This document shows, one piece after another, positions 17,380-26,217 of a stretch of 52,841 nt of DNA (positions are counted from its first letter, which is position 1; every line of letters starts with the position of its first letter). The translations under genes were made by a program, and so were the position numbers. Below the pieces are notes generated by a model. It ran no database searches, had not been told where the DNA came from, and saw only the letters and a list, made by a program, of their open reading frames with translations. Source of the DNA: a virus (Duplodnaviria > Caudoviricetes); IMG/VR virus record IMGVR_UViG_3300033475_000031, positions 1 to 52,841 of that record, one strand, 5' to 3'.

Positions 17380-19740
17380 ATGGACGGCTTGCTGAAGTAC
17401 GATCCCAATCACGGCAATCACGGCGAGTTCTCCAGCGGCGGGGGTAGTGGGGAAGGCGGCTCATCTCAGCCGACCCAGCAGCAAGCCGAGGCCGTGCAGC
17501 AGCAAAATGCGCAGACCTTGGCCGCCCGAGAAGCTTTGGACACGCGCGCGAAAGCCGTCTCGTTCAGCAGCCATCCCAAGAAAGCGGGCCATGTCAGCTG
17601 GTACGGCCGACTTCCTACTGGCCAAGAAGGTCCGGGCTACAAGCAAAACCTGAAGTATCAGGCGATCAATGCGCGCAACGCCAAAAGCCGGGGCGGCCTG
17701 CAGGGCAAGAGCAAGCTCGGCAAGCTGCTGAAGGGTGAAGTCACTGCCCCCATTGATCTTCTCAAATTCAACCAGCCTGAGTACTACCACGACGCCAAGA
17801 CCAAGAAGCGCTTCATCAAGCTGCCGTCTGGCATCGGGGTCGACTGGCAGGGCAAGCGCCCGCAAATCGACAAGTACGCCAACGCGGTCAAGCGCTGGCT
17901 CGATCAGGTCAAGCTCAACGCTCAGGTCCAGCTACGGAAGCGTGGTTCGGCCAAGCTCGCCAAGGCTGATTCTCTCGCCAAGGCCACGCCCGAGGAAGAA
18001 GCCGAGGCCGAGCGTATCGCGGCCGAGATCGCCGACGCGCTGGAGATGGGCGATGCCGAGCTGCTGGTGACGCTGCTCGATGAGGTCACTACTACCGCTG
18101 TGCGTGACGGGGTCGAGCAGACGCTGGGCAAGATGGGCTTGCCCGACACCAACGAGTTGTTTGACCGGGTTGATGATTACGCGGTGCGTTGGGCCGAGGA
18201 GCGTTCAGCCGAGCTGGTGGGCAAACGCTGGATCGACGGCGAGCTGGAGGACAACCCCAACGCCCGCATGCGCATCGACGAGACCACACGCCTCATGCTG
18301 CGCCAGACGATCGCTGATGGCCTGATGGACGGCTTCACGATGGAAGAGATCGCGGCGACGCTCAACGATCTCTTTCCGTTCAGCGAGGAGCGGGCCGAGC
18401 TGATCGCAGCTACGGAAATCAACCGGGCGCACAGCGAGGGCGCGCTCAAGGCGGCCAAGGATGCGCGCGACGATCTTGGCATTCAGTCGACCAAGGCGTG
18501 GATCGTGGCGGACACGCCGTGCCCGATCTGCGACGCCAATCACGAGCAGGGCTGGATACCGCTCGATGATCCTTTCCAGTCAGGTGATGACGCTTCGCCG
18601 GCTCATCCTTCCTGCCGCTGCGCCATCGTGTTCAAGGCTCAGCTGCCAAGCGAGGCCGCTGCAGCGGCCGAGGATGACGACAGCGAGCCGATCAACCTGA
18701 TGGCCAAGCACCTCGCGATCTTGGGCGACGCCTTGGTGGCTGAGCTTAAGGGTACGCCACTACTCAAGTATTCGGAAGATCAGCCGCGTGACGATCACGG
18801 CCGGTGGTCCGCTGAGGGCAGTAGTACTGATGGTAAAGTTGAAGTGCCTCAGCGCCTGATCGCTGGGCTGCCCAAATCGGCTTCTCAGCCTTTCAATACA
18901 TGGGATCAATTGAAGGCCATGGGCACGCAAGCGCGCGACCAGATGGCCGAATGGCTCGACAAGGGTAGTGGCGTCGTTTCCCAGATGGGCGGCATCAACA
19001 AAGACATGCCGCGATCCAAAGAAGAATGGCAGAAGCTGATCTCTGAAACGACGGGCAAGCCAGTACTCTTTATCGCGCCCTTGAAGGGCGAAGCCCGGGC
19101 CACTGAGAAGGTCGTGAAAGAAGAAGGCGGGGACTGGAGCAAGCTGCTCGACGTGACGCGGGGCATGATCGCGGTCGACAAGCCCAGCGAAGTGGAAGGC
19201 GTTTTGCGCCGGCTTGAGCAGAGCGGTGTTAATGTGGCCCGCCAAGCCAAGGATCGAATCAACCAGTCTTTGCCGGATGGCTATCGCGCCGATGTGCTGC
19301 TCAGCCCCGTGATGCGTAATGGCATGATCACCGAGCTACAGGTCGGCGTTAAGAAGATGTTCATGACCAAAGAGACCGAAGGCCACGCGATCTACGAGCA
19401 CGATCGTGGTATTACCGGCAAGTATGTGGGGAAGCCTGAGTCCGAATGGTCTGCGCAAGATAAGCTTGTGCATGCCCGGAACGTTTCCCAGATGAAGGAC
19501 TTGTACGAGCGGACTTGGAATGAGGTCATGGCGGGAAGCCACAGCTACAACGCTCATCAGATTGATAAGTCAGAGTATTTCTACGTCGATGTCGACGGCA
19601 CGACTTATCGCGGAACGCGCACCTACATGATCGTGAGCGATATGTGGAAGAATGGCGCGTGGGTGCCTTCCAATCTCGATACCACTACCGTTCTGTCAAG
19701 CGGTCCCTTCACCGGGCCTCCCGGCAAGGGTAAGGAGTAA
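17380..19740 (+). CDS. MuF (SPP1 gp7-like) head morphogenesis protein with C-terminal RelA/SpoT-type synthetase domain
   Basis: MuF: RAELIAATE..RA, K.W, CPIC, PAHPSCRC; synthetase-like: LKGEARATEKV, LLDVTR, GYR.D, ELQV, H.IYE. Confidence 0.88.
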   Translation: MDGLLKYDPNHGNHGEFSSGGGSGEGGSSQPTQQQAEAVQQQNAQTLAAREALDTRAKAVSFSSHPKKAGHVSWYGRLPTGQEGPGYKQNLKYQAINARNAKSRGGLQGKSKLGKLLKGEVTAPIDLLKFNQPEYYHDAKTKKRFIKLPSGIGVDWQGKRPQIDKYANAVKRWLDQVKLNAQVQLRKRGSAKLAKADSLAKATPEEEAEAERIAAEIADALEMGDAELLVTLLDEVTTTAVRDGVEQTLGKMGLPDTNELFDRVDDYAVRWAEERSAELVGKRWIDGELEDNPNARMRIDETTRLMLRQTIADGLMDGFTMEEIAATLNDLFPFSEERAELIAATEINRAHSEGALKAAKDARDDLGIQSTKAWIVADTPCPICDANHEQGWIPLDDPFQSGDDASPAHPSCRCAIVFKAQLPSEAAAAAEDDDSEPINLMAKHLAILGDALVAELKGTPLLKYSEDQPRDDHGRWSAEGSSTDGKVEVPQRLIAGLPKSASQPFNTWDQLKAMGTQARDQMAEWLDKGSGVVSQMGGINKDMPRSKEEWQKLISETTGKPVLFIAPLKGEARATEKVVKEEGGDWSKLLDVTRGMIAVDKPSEVEGVLRRLEQSGVNVARQAKDRINQSLPDGYRADVLLSPVMRNGMITELQVGVKKMFMTKETEGHAIYEHDRGITGKYVGKPESEWSAQDKLVHARNVSQMKDLYERTWNEVMAGSHSYNAHQIDKSEYFYVDVDGTTYRGTRTYMIVSDMWKNGAWVPSNLDTTTVLSSGPFTGPPGKGKE

Positions 19741-19744
19741 TACC

Positions 19745-20782
19745 ATGGACTTGATCAAGTATTCAGATGACCTAATCAAGTTCAACCAGAACCACGTGCC
19801 GCCCGGCGATTCCACGGGGGGCCAATTCGCCTCATCGGACGGTAGTAGCTCAGGCGGCGGCGATGTTCTCAAAGGCAAGGACGGCAAGCCGCAGACGTTC
19901 TATCACGGCACGGCCTCGGGCAGCCCGCACGAGGCGCGTGAGGGTGGCTACTTCCTGACCACCAGCAAGAACCTCGCAGGCGTCTATGGCGACAAGGGCA
20001 AGGTACTGGCTGTCCATCTCAAGATGAACAAGCCGCTCGATCTGCGCGACAAGAAGAACCTCAGCGGTTACCAGACTGGGCGTAAGGGCAAGGAAAGCAT
20101 CACGGCCTATGCCAAGCGTACCGGGCATGACGGTGTCATCGATCCCGCTGGCAGCTACATCGCCTTGTCCAAGGACCAGTTGGTCCAGAAGGCGCAGGGC
20201 GCGGATGATCTTCTGAAGTTCAATCCCCACCACGTGGCGGCCGGATCGCCGGAAGGCGGCCAGTTCGCGAGCGCCGATGGCGCGACTGGTGAAGGGGGCA
20301 GCGGTCAGAGCAAGAACAAGGATCGCAAGGAACTGGAGGGAATGGTCGATCGTCTGCACGAGGCGGATGGCGGCTTCACCTACAATCCGCTGAGCGGCGA
20401 GGAAGCGGTAAAGGGCTACGCGGTGTCACCCTATCCGGAGCGTTCCTTCGCCATGGATGCAAAGAGTATTACCCCGGACCATATCGACGAATATGTGCAG
20501 AAGAACCTTGACCAAATGACCCAGCCCAACCATTTCATCGGGGCTTGGCATGATCCATCGACTGGCAAGGCGTTCCTTGACGTGTCGGTGCGGGTAGACA
20601 CACCTGAGGAAGCTCGTAAGCTGGCGCTGGCACATGACCAGAAGGCCTATTTCGACTTCCAGACGTTCAAGTCGGTTGAGGTCAATGCCAACGCCACGTC
20701 TGGCGGGATAGTAGGTAAAGGAGATTTCTCATGGCGACCAAGCCCTCTCTTACGTTGGTCAAGCCCGGGCCCCGAGGCCTGA
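19745..20782 (+). CDS. Two-domain head cargo protein: ART-PolyVal-like domain plus GGFT/GxW...LDVS...Q domain
   Basis: AAGGAG RBS, ATG 19745; DGKP..FYHGT, GYFLT....A..Y, LKMNKPLD, GHDGVI; two KFN.xH..GGQF tags. Confidence 0.8.
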   Translation: MDLIKYSDDLIKFNQNHVPPGDSTGGQFASSDGSSSGGGDVLKGKDGKPQTFYHGTASGSPHEAREGGYFLTTSKNLAGVYGDKGKVLAVHLKMNKPLDLRDKKNLSGYQTGRKGKESITAYAKRTGHDGVIDPAGSYIALSKDQLVQKAQGADDLLKFNPHHVAAGSPEGGQFASADGATGEGGSGQSKNKDRKELEGMVDRLHEADGGFTYNPLSGEEAVKGYAVSPYPERSFAMDAKSITPDHIDEYVQKNLDQMTQPNHFIGAWHDPSTGKAFLDVSVRVDTPEEARKLALAHDQKAYFDFQTFKSVEVNANATSGGIVGKGDFSWRPSPLLRWSSPGPEA

Positions 20783-20895
20783 CGGCCGACCAGACGCTGG
20801 AGCTTTTCACCAAGGTCAGTGGCCGAAAGGCCACGCCCGAGGAAGAGGCTGCGCTGCGCAAGAAGGTGGCCGAGCGCGAGGCCAAGCAATCCTGA
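20731..20895 (+). CDS. 54-aa small protein not in the ORF track (MATKPSLTLVKPGPRGLTADQTLELFTKVSGRKATPEEEAALRKKVAEREAKQS)
   Basis: AAGGAG RBS 7 nt upstream, phage-typical codons, overlaps the end of the upstream gene, followed by a terminator. Confidence 0.75.
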   Translation: MATKPSLTLVKPGPRGLTADQTLELFTKVSGRKATPEEEAALRKKVAEREAKQS

Positions 20896-20927
20896 AAACG
20901 CTTCCGTAGCTGAAGCGCCCGGCCCCG

Positions 20928-20957
20928 AGCCCCGGTTCACCCCCGGGGCTTTTTGTT
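20928..20957 (+). terminator. Rho-independent terminator
   Basis: AGCCCCGG-loop-CCGGGGCT followed by TTTTGTT. Confidence 0.8.
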
Positions 20958-21065
20958 GCCCGGATTTACAATTCCTTACCTATGGTAGGGTTTTAACAAA
21001 ACCACAATCCTTTGTGGCGTTTGTCATCGCACCTGAATAGGACCCAAAGAGCGAGTGGAGTGACC

Positions 21066-22652
21066 ATGGCCCGAAATACCGCACCGGACATCGAGTTCTT
21101 CGCGGAAATTCACAAAGTAGACGAAGAGCAGCGTACCGTTTTCGGCTACGCCTCGACGGATTGTCGAGATCGGCAGGGCGAGATCGTCACCCGCGACGCA
21201 ATCGCCAAGGCACTTCCAGACTACATGCTTTGGAAGAACGTGCGCGAGATGCACCAGCCGAGCGCTGTGGGCCGCGCCATCGAAGCCAACATGGACGAGA
21301 AGGGCCTCTACTTCGGGGCCTATGTGGCTGACGACCGGGCATGGAAGAAGGTCAAGGACAAGGTCTACAAGGGCTTCTCGATCGGCGGACGCGTGCTCGC
21401 GCGCGACCCCAACGACAAGACGATCGTGACCGGCGTCATGATCACCGAGATCAGCCTTGTCGATCGGCCGGCGAATCCTGAGGCCAAGTTCGACTGGTTC
21501 AAGCGCGCCGATGATCACCTCGCCTTCACGCCAACCCAGTACTGGGGCTGCGGCTGCAAGGACCATCAGCACATCGCCAAGGCCGAAGCACAGGAGTGCA
21601 TGGCCGATCAAGCCGCCGACCTCAAGAAGCGGCTCGATGACGGCGGCCTGCTGAAGTTCAACCAGAACCATGCGCCGGCTGGCGGCCCCGATGGGGGTCA
21701 GTTCACCGACGACAAGGGTGGTGACGGCGACAGCATCAAGAACCAGTACGGTGGTCGCCGCCCGAAGGCGAATGCCGAGACTGGCAAGAATGCCGGCAAG
21801 TTCCAGCTCAAGCTCGCGAGCGGTCGCGCTCCCAAGGCCGGCCCGATCGCCGGCAAGGAGGGCCCGCACAACGTGGATCATTTCGTCGATCAGTACGGCA
21901 ACCTCCATCGTGCCGGCAAGGACGGCAAGATGCACGAGGTCCAGAAGCTCGATGAGGTGCGTGAGATTTTGAAAGCCGCTTTTGACGAAGCCGAAGCGAT
22001 GTCCAAGATCGACTCAGACGGCTTCGATACCGAGACCGGCGAGTTCATGGGCAAGCGCGAGTTCAGCCAGAAGGAACGCCAGCAGGACGCCAAGGCTGGC
22101 ATCGCCATGCCGGGCGGTGGCTATCCGATCAAGGACACCGAGGACCTGCACAACGCCATTCAGGCCTTCGGCCGCGCCAAGGACCCTGCCGCGACTAAGG
22201 CGCACATCAAGCAGCGCGCCAAGGCGCTGGGTGCCGAAGATCAGCTGCCCAAGGAATGGACCAGCGGCGGCGCGGACGATGATGTGAACAAGGCTATGAC
22301 GCCGCCGCGTCACATCGAGACCAGCCGGTTCGCTGGCCACTTCAAGAGCAAGGCCGAGGCCGAGACATTGGCCAAGCAGCACGGCGAAGCTGCCGACAAG
22401 GCGACCAAGCTCCACAACAAGCACATGAAGCTTTCGGAAGAGAGCGCCAAGGCTGGCAATCCAGCAGGTGCTGCCGCTCACCGGGCCATCGCCAGCAGCC
22501 ATCGCACGATGGCGGCCCGGCACTCCATGCTCAGCAACAAGTACAGCAAGCTTGCCGAGTCGCATGGCAAGTGGGCTGCCCCGGAAGGCAATGACGCCGT
22601 GTCTGTCGCCAAGCGCGCGTTGGCCGAAAAGCTCGCGAAGCTGGCGGCCTGA
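21066..22652 (+). CDS. Prohead maturation protease (XkdF/HK97-like) with C-terminal cargo modules
   Basis: VFGYAST...DRQGE, REMHQ..AVG, YKGFSIGG, EISLVDRPANP; GGAG RBS. Confidence 0.9.
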   Translation: MARNTAPDIEFFAEIHKVDEEQRTVFGYASTDCRDRQGEIVTRDAIAKALPDYMLWKNVREMHQPSAVGRAIEANMDEKGLYFGAYVADDRAWKKVKDKVYKGFSIGGRVLARDPNDKTIVTGVMITEISLVDRPANPEAKFDWFKRADDHLAFTPTQYWGCGCKDHQHIAKAEAQECMADQAADLKKRLDDGGLLKFNQNHAPAGGPDGGQFTDDKGGDGDSIKNQYGGRRPKANAETGKNAGKFQLKLASGRAPKAGPIAGKEGPHNVDHFVDQYGNLHRAGKDGKMHEVQKLDEVREILKAAFDEAEAMSKIDSDGFDTETGEFMGKREFSQKERQQDAKAGIAMPGGGYPIKDTEDLHNAIQAFGRAKDPAATKAHIKQRAKALGAEDQLPKEWTSGGADDDVNKAMTPPRHIETSRFAGHFKSKAEAETLAKQHGEAADKATKLHNKHMKLSEESAKAGNPAGAAAHRAIASSHRTMAARHSMLSNKYSKLAESHGKWAAPEGNDAVSVAKRALAEKLAKLAA

Positions 22653-22696
22653 TCACACCCACTACCCCAACTCCCCTCTATTCAGGAGATACACCG

Positions 22697-24400
22697 ATGC
22701 CCGAGAAGTCCCAAGCGCAGATCGCAGAAGATGCCCTGAAGGCGCTGCAGGCTGCTACCGCTCCGCTCGCCAAGGCCGCTGTCGATGAGGCGCAAGCCGC
22801 GCTGGACGAGGCCAAGAAGTACGACGCACAGGTGACCGAGGCGCTGACCAAGGCGGCTCCCCCGGAACAGGATGCGGACGGCGACTACGACGGCGACACC
22901 AAGAAGCCCAAGACGCAGGTGGGCGATGGTGACGGGGACGAGGACTGTGATGAGGCGGCGGCCAAGGCGGCCGATCTGCTCGACCTCAGCAAGACGGCTC
23001 ATGAGGTCGTCAAGGCGTACATGCTCAACGCGGTCGACGAGACGGCCAAGGCCGAAAACTCGCCGTGGTCAAACTTCACCAAGACGGCGAAGGACTACTA
23101 CTCCTCGCTCAGCCAGACGCTGCAGCAGTGCATCGACGCGCGCCGCAAGTCGATGACCACGCTGACCGAGGTGGTCGCCAAGGCGGACAACGACAATCGC
23201 AAGAAGAGCACCGGCATCCTGATCGCGGCGCACGAGACATTGGCCAAGCATGCCGAGGCCGGCGTCGAGATGTGCAAGGGCATGATCGATGCAGCGGTGT
23301 GGCCGCGTCAGGAGATCGTGCTCGATCCGCCGATGACCTGCGACACCATCAAGAAGGGCTACATGAGCATCGCGTCCAAGGACGATCTGATGCGCGCTGT
23401 CGCCGAGTACAAGAACGTCGATCCGGGCGATCAGCCCCCGGTCTACGCCCACATCTTCAACGCGGCGGCGGCGCTCAAGACGGCCCTGCCGGAAGGCTGG
23501 CACAAGCCCGTGACGCTGCCGTCCGAACACAGCGCTTCCACCGGCAGCGACCAGACGGCCCGTTGGAAGAACATCAGCGAGGCCGACAAGGCAGCGGCGA
23601 TGAAGAAGGGCATGACGATCGTCGGCCCGAGCGCCGGCCTGCTCGCCACCATCCGCGCCATTGGAGCCAGCCAGCTGCTGGAGCGCATGGCGATCGTCAG
23701 CAAGGACGATCCCAACATCGGCGCGCTCAAGGAATGGATGGGCAAGGGTGACCAGCTGCTGGTCTCGATCATCGGCAACGAGGCCGAGGCGATCCGTATC
23801 CTCGATATCCCGACCTTCCCCGCCGCGCAGGCGCTGATCAAGGCCGATCACTGGACCGACGTTGCCGCCAAGGCGGTGATCGACAGTCTCAGTGACGAGA
23901 TGCCGGCCGAGCAGCGCGCGATCCGCAAGGACGTTTCGGAACGGCTGGCGGCGTCGGGCGAGGTGTTCAAGAAGGCCGAACTGCCCCAGCAGCAGACCGA
24001 AGGCTTGGTCGAGAAGGCCGAGCTGGAGAAGGTGGTCGAGGAGCGCGACGCGCTCAACGGCCGGCTGACCAAGTTCACCGAGGCACTGGTGCCGTTGACG
24101 CGCAACGCCCAGTCGCAGCGTGACGAGATCAAGAAGATGGCGGCTGAGAATGCCGCTTTGAAGGCCAAGATCACCGAGCTTGAAACCAAACCGATGCCGT
24201 CCAAAGGGCGAGTCGGGGCGGGCGGCAAGGTGGAGAAGGCCGACGACGGTGGATCGGGTACCGGCACTGAAGTTACGCCCGGCTCTGCCAAAGACCTGCT
24301 GACCAAGGCCGGAACGCTGCCGCCGGGGGCACGTGGCACTGCACTCATTGAAGCCGCGCATCGTTTCCGCGCGGAAGAGGAGGGCGACGAAGCGGCGTAA
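22697..24400 (+). CDS. Scaffold/internal head protein
   Basis: Between protease and capsid genes; Ala/Lys/Glu-rich with a C-terminal coiled coil and many hydrophobic-X-K sites. Confidence 0.7.
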   Translation: MPEKSQAQIAEDALKALQAATAPLAKAAVDEAQAALDEAKKYDAQVTEALTKAAPPEQDADGDYDGDTKKPKTQVGDGDGDEDCDEAAAKAADLLDLSKTAHEVVKAYMLNAVDETAKAENSPWSNFTKTAKDYYSSLSQTLQQCIDARRKSMTTLTEVVAKADNDNRKKSTGILIAAHETLAKHAEAGVEMCKGMIDAAVWPRQEIVLDPPMTCDTIKKGYMSIASKDDLMRAVAEYKNVDPGDQPPVYAHIFNAAAALKTALPEGWHKPVTLPSEHSASTGSDQTARWKNISEADKAAAMKKGMTIVGPSAGLLATIRAIGASQLLERMAIVSKDDPNIGALKEWMGKGDQLLVSIIGNEAEAIRILDIPTFPAAQALIKADHWTDVAAKAVIDSLSDEMPAEQRAIRKDVSERLAASGEVFKKAELPQQQTEGLVEKAELEKVVEERDALNGRLTKFTEALVPLTRNAQSQRDEIKKMAAENAALKAKITELETKPMPSKGRVGAGGKVEKADDGGSGTGTEVTPGSAKDLLTKAGTLPPGARGTALIEAAHRFRAEEEGDEAA

Positions 24401-24470
24401 GCCGACACGGTCAGCGAACTATCCTAACCGCTCATACCACTCAACCTACTACCCCTAAGGGGAGATAAAG

Positions 24471-26096
24471 ATGCCTGAAGAGAACCGCCAAGTCATGCCG
24501 GCCGATGCAGTGCACGACCGGATGATGCAGATGATCAACGGCACCAGCTATGCCGACAAGGATCGTTTTGGCTACATGAGCCGCAAGCGTGCGGGCAACA
24601 CGGTCGACCTGTTCAAAGCGGCTTTCAAAGAGCCGATGCGGGCCGAGCAGCTGTACAGCGCAGAGCTGAAGAAGAGCGTCACGCTGGCGACCGGCCTGAC
24701 CTACTACGACCTGCGCGCCCCGGCGCTCAACCTGTTCCCGACCGTCACCCCGCTGCGCAACAGCCTGCCGCGCAACCAGCGGCCGAATCCGGGTGACGCG
24801 GCGCACTGGAAGTCGGTCGACGCGATCACCGGCTCGGGCTTCCCGTACATGGGCTGGGTGCCGGAAGGCAAGCGGTCCGCGTCGATGAGCTACACGACCA
24901 ACGACCACACACTCTCCTATCAGACGATGGGCGAGGAAGACTCGATCACTGAAGAGGCGCGCTTCGCGGCTCAAGGTTTCGAGGACGAAGACGCGTTGGT
25001 GCAGCTGCGCCTCCTGCTCAAGATGTTCGTCAAGGAAGAGGCGGGCCTGCTCGCCGGCAACCATGGCACGACGCTGTCCACGCCGGCTACGCCGACCCTG
25101 TCCGCTGCTGGCTCGGGTGCTACCCTGCCGGCCGCTACCTACTCGGTGATCGTGGTCGCGCTGACGCCGGAAGGCTACCTCAACAGCTCGCTGTCGGGCG
25201 GCGTCGCGGTGGCGCTGACCATCACGGGCAACGATGGGGGCACCTACACCCTCAACGGTGGCTCGTCTGCCCAGTCGACCAACGCGACCCAAGCGGTCAC
25301 GCTCGGCCAGACCCTGTCGGCCAACACCAACACCCAGCCGGGTGCGGTGGCCTACGCGTGGTACGTCGGCACGGCCGGCAGTGAGACGCTGCAGGCGATC
25401 ACCACGATCAACAGCGCCACCTTCGCGGCCACGCTCGCGGGCGGCCGGCAGGCGGCCACGGCGGTGACCGGCGATCACTCCAAGAACGCCACGGCGTTCG
25501 ACGGACTCCTCATCACCACGTTCGCCGCGTCCAACTCGTATCTCAACGCGCTCGCGACCGGCACGCCGGGCACGGGCACGGTCCTGACTTCGTCCGGTCA
25601 GGGCTCGATCAACGAGATCGACACGATGAACAAGACGATGTGGGACACCAACCGCATCAGCAACACCGTGATGTACGTCAACTCGCAAGAGCTGAAGAAC
25701 ATCGCGGCCAAGGTGCTGAACGGTGCGTCCGCACCGCTGCTGCGCTACGCGACCGACGCCACGGACGGCGGCGTGCCCGAGTACAAGATCACGGCCTCGG
25801 GCGTGATCTCGTTCTACTACAACCCCTACACCCCGGACGGCGGCGTGAAGATGCCCATCAAGGTGCATCCGAACATGCCGGCCGGCACGATTCTCGGCCG
25901 CGCCGAAATCCTGCCGCCTTGGTACGTCTCCAACAACGTGCCTGAGGTCGCGGTCGTCCAGACCCGACAGGACTACTACGCCGAGGTGTGGCCCAAGACG
26001 ACTCGCGTGCAGTTCTACGGCGTCTATTCGCAGGAAGTCCTCGCGGTCTACGCCACGTTCGCTGCGGGCATCATCTACAACATCGGCAACGGCTAA
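24471..26096 (+). CDS. Major capsid protein with an inserted beta-sandwich domain
   Basis: Position, very strong codon bias, GLTYYDL..PA..L.P..TPLRN.LPR, GWVPEG.R, K.EE..LL.GN, HP.MP.GTI. Confidence 0.88.
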   Translation: MPEENRQVMPADAVHDRMMQMINGTSYADKDRFGYMSRKRAGNTVDLFKAAFKEPMRAEQLYSAELKKSVTLATGLTYYDLRAPALNLFPTVTPLRNSLPRNQRPNPGDAAHWKSVDAITGSGFPYMGWVPEGKRSASMSYTTNDHTLSYQTMGEEDSITEEARFAAQGFEDEDALVQLRLLLKMFVKEEAGLLAGNHGTTLSTPATPTLSAAGSGATLPAATYSVIVVALTPEGYLNSSLSGGVAVALTITGNDGGTYTLNGGSSAQSTNATQAVTLGQTLSANTNTQPGAVAYAWYVGTAGSETLQAITTINSATFAATLAGGRQAATAVTGDHSKNATAFDGLLITTFAASNSYLNALATGTPGTGTVLTSSGQGSINEIDTMNKTMWDTNRISNTVMYVNSQELKNIAAKVLNGASAPLLRYATDATDGGVPEYKITASGVISFYYNPYTPDGGVKMPIKVHPNMPAGTILGRAEILPPWYVSNNVPEVAVVQTRQDYYAEVWPKTTRVQFYGVYSQEVLAVYATFAAGIIYNIGNG

Positions 26097-26134
26097 TACC
26101 CGGCGCGCCGATCTTAACGCTTAGCTGACTGCTG

Positions 26135-26171
26135 AAGGGAGGGAGGCGATGAGGTTCGTCTCCCTCTCTTT
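26135..26171 (+). terminator. Probable terminator/stabilising hairpin after the capsid gene
   Basis: GGAGGGAGGCGA...TCGTCTCCCTCT followed by CTTT. Confidence 0.5.
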
Positions 26172-26217
26172 CCCCGCTCACCAGTACTACCCATCACCAT
26201 CACAAGGATCACCGACA

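Noticed and set aside
17374-17382. Stop-codon read-through fusing portal to MuF (TAG CCC ATG in frame)
   Set aside because: Similar in-frame 3-nt gaps occur at 12635, 13444 and 27433, the downstream gene has a plausible RBS, and there is no sign of TAG recoding or a suppressor tRNA. It is not excluded but has no support.
23069-25868. Long minus-strand ORFs (430 and 475 aa), likewise 38109-39371 and 15211-16161
   Set aside because: These are antisense shadows of strongly codon-biased high-GC genes, with no RBS or motifs.
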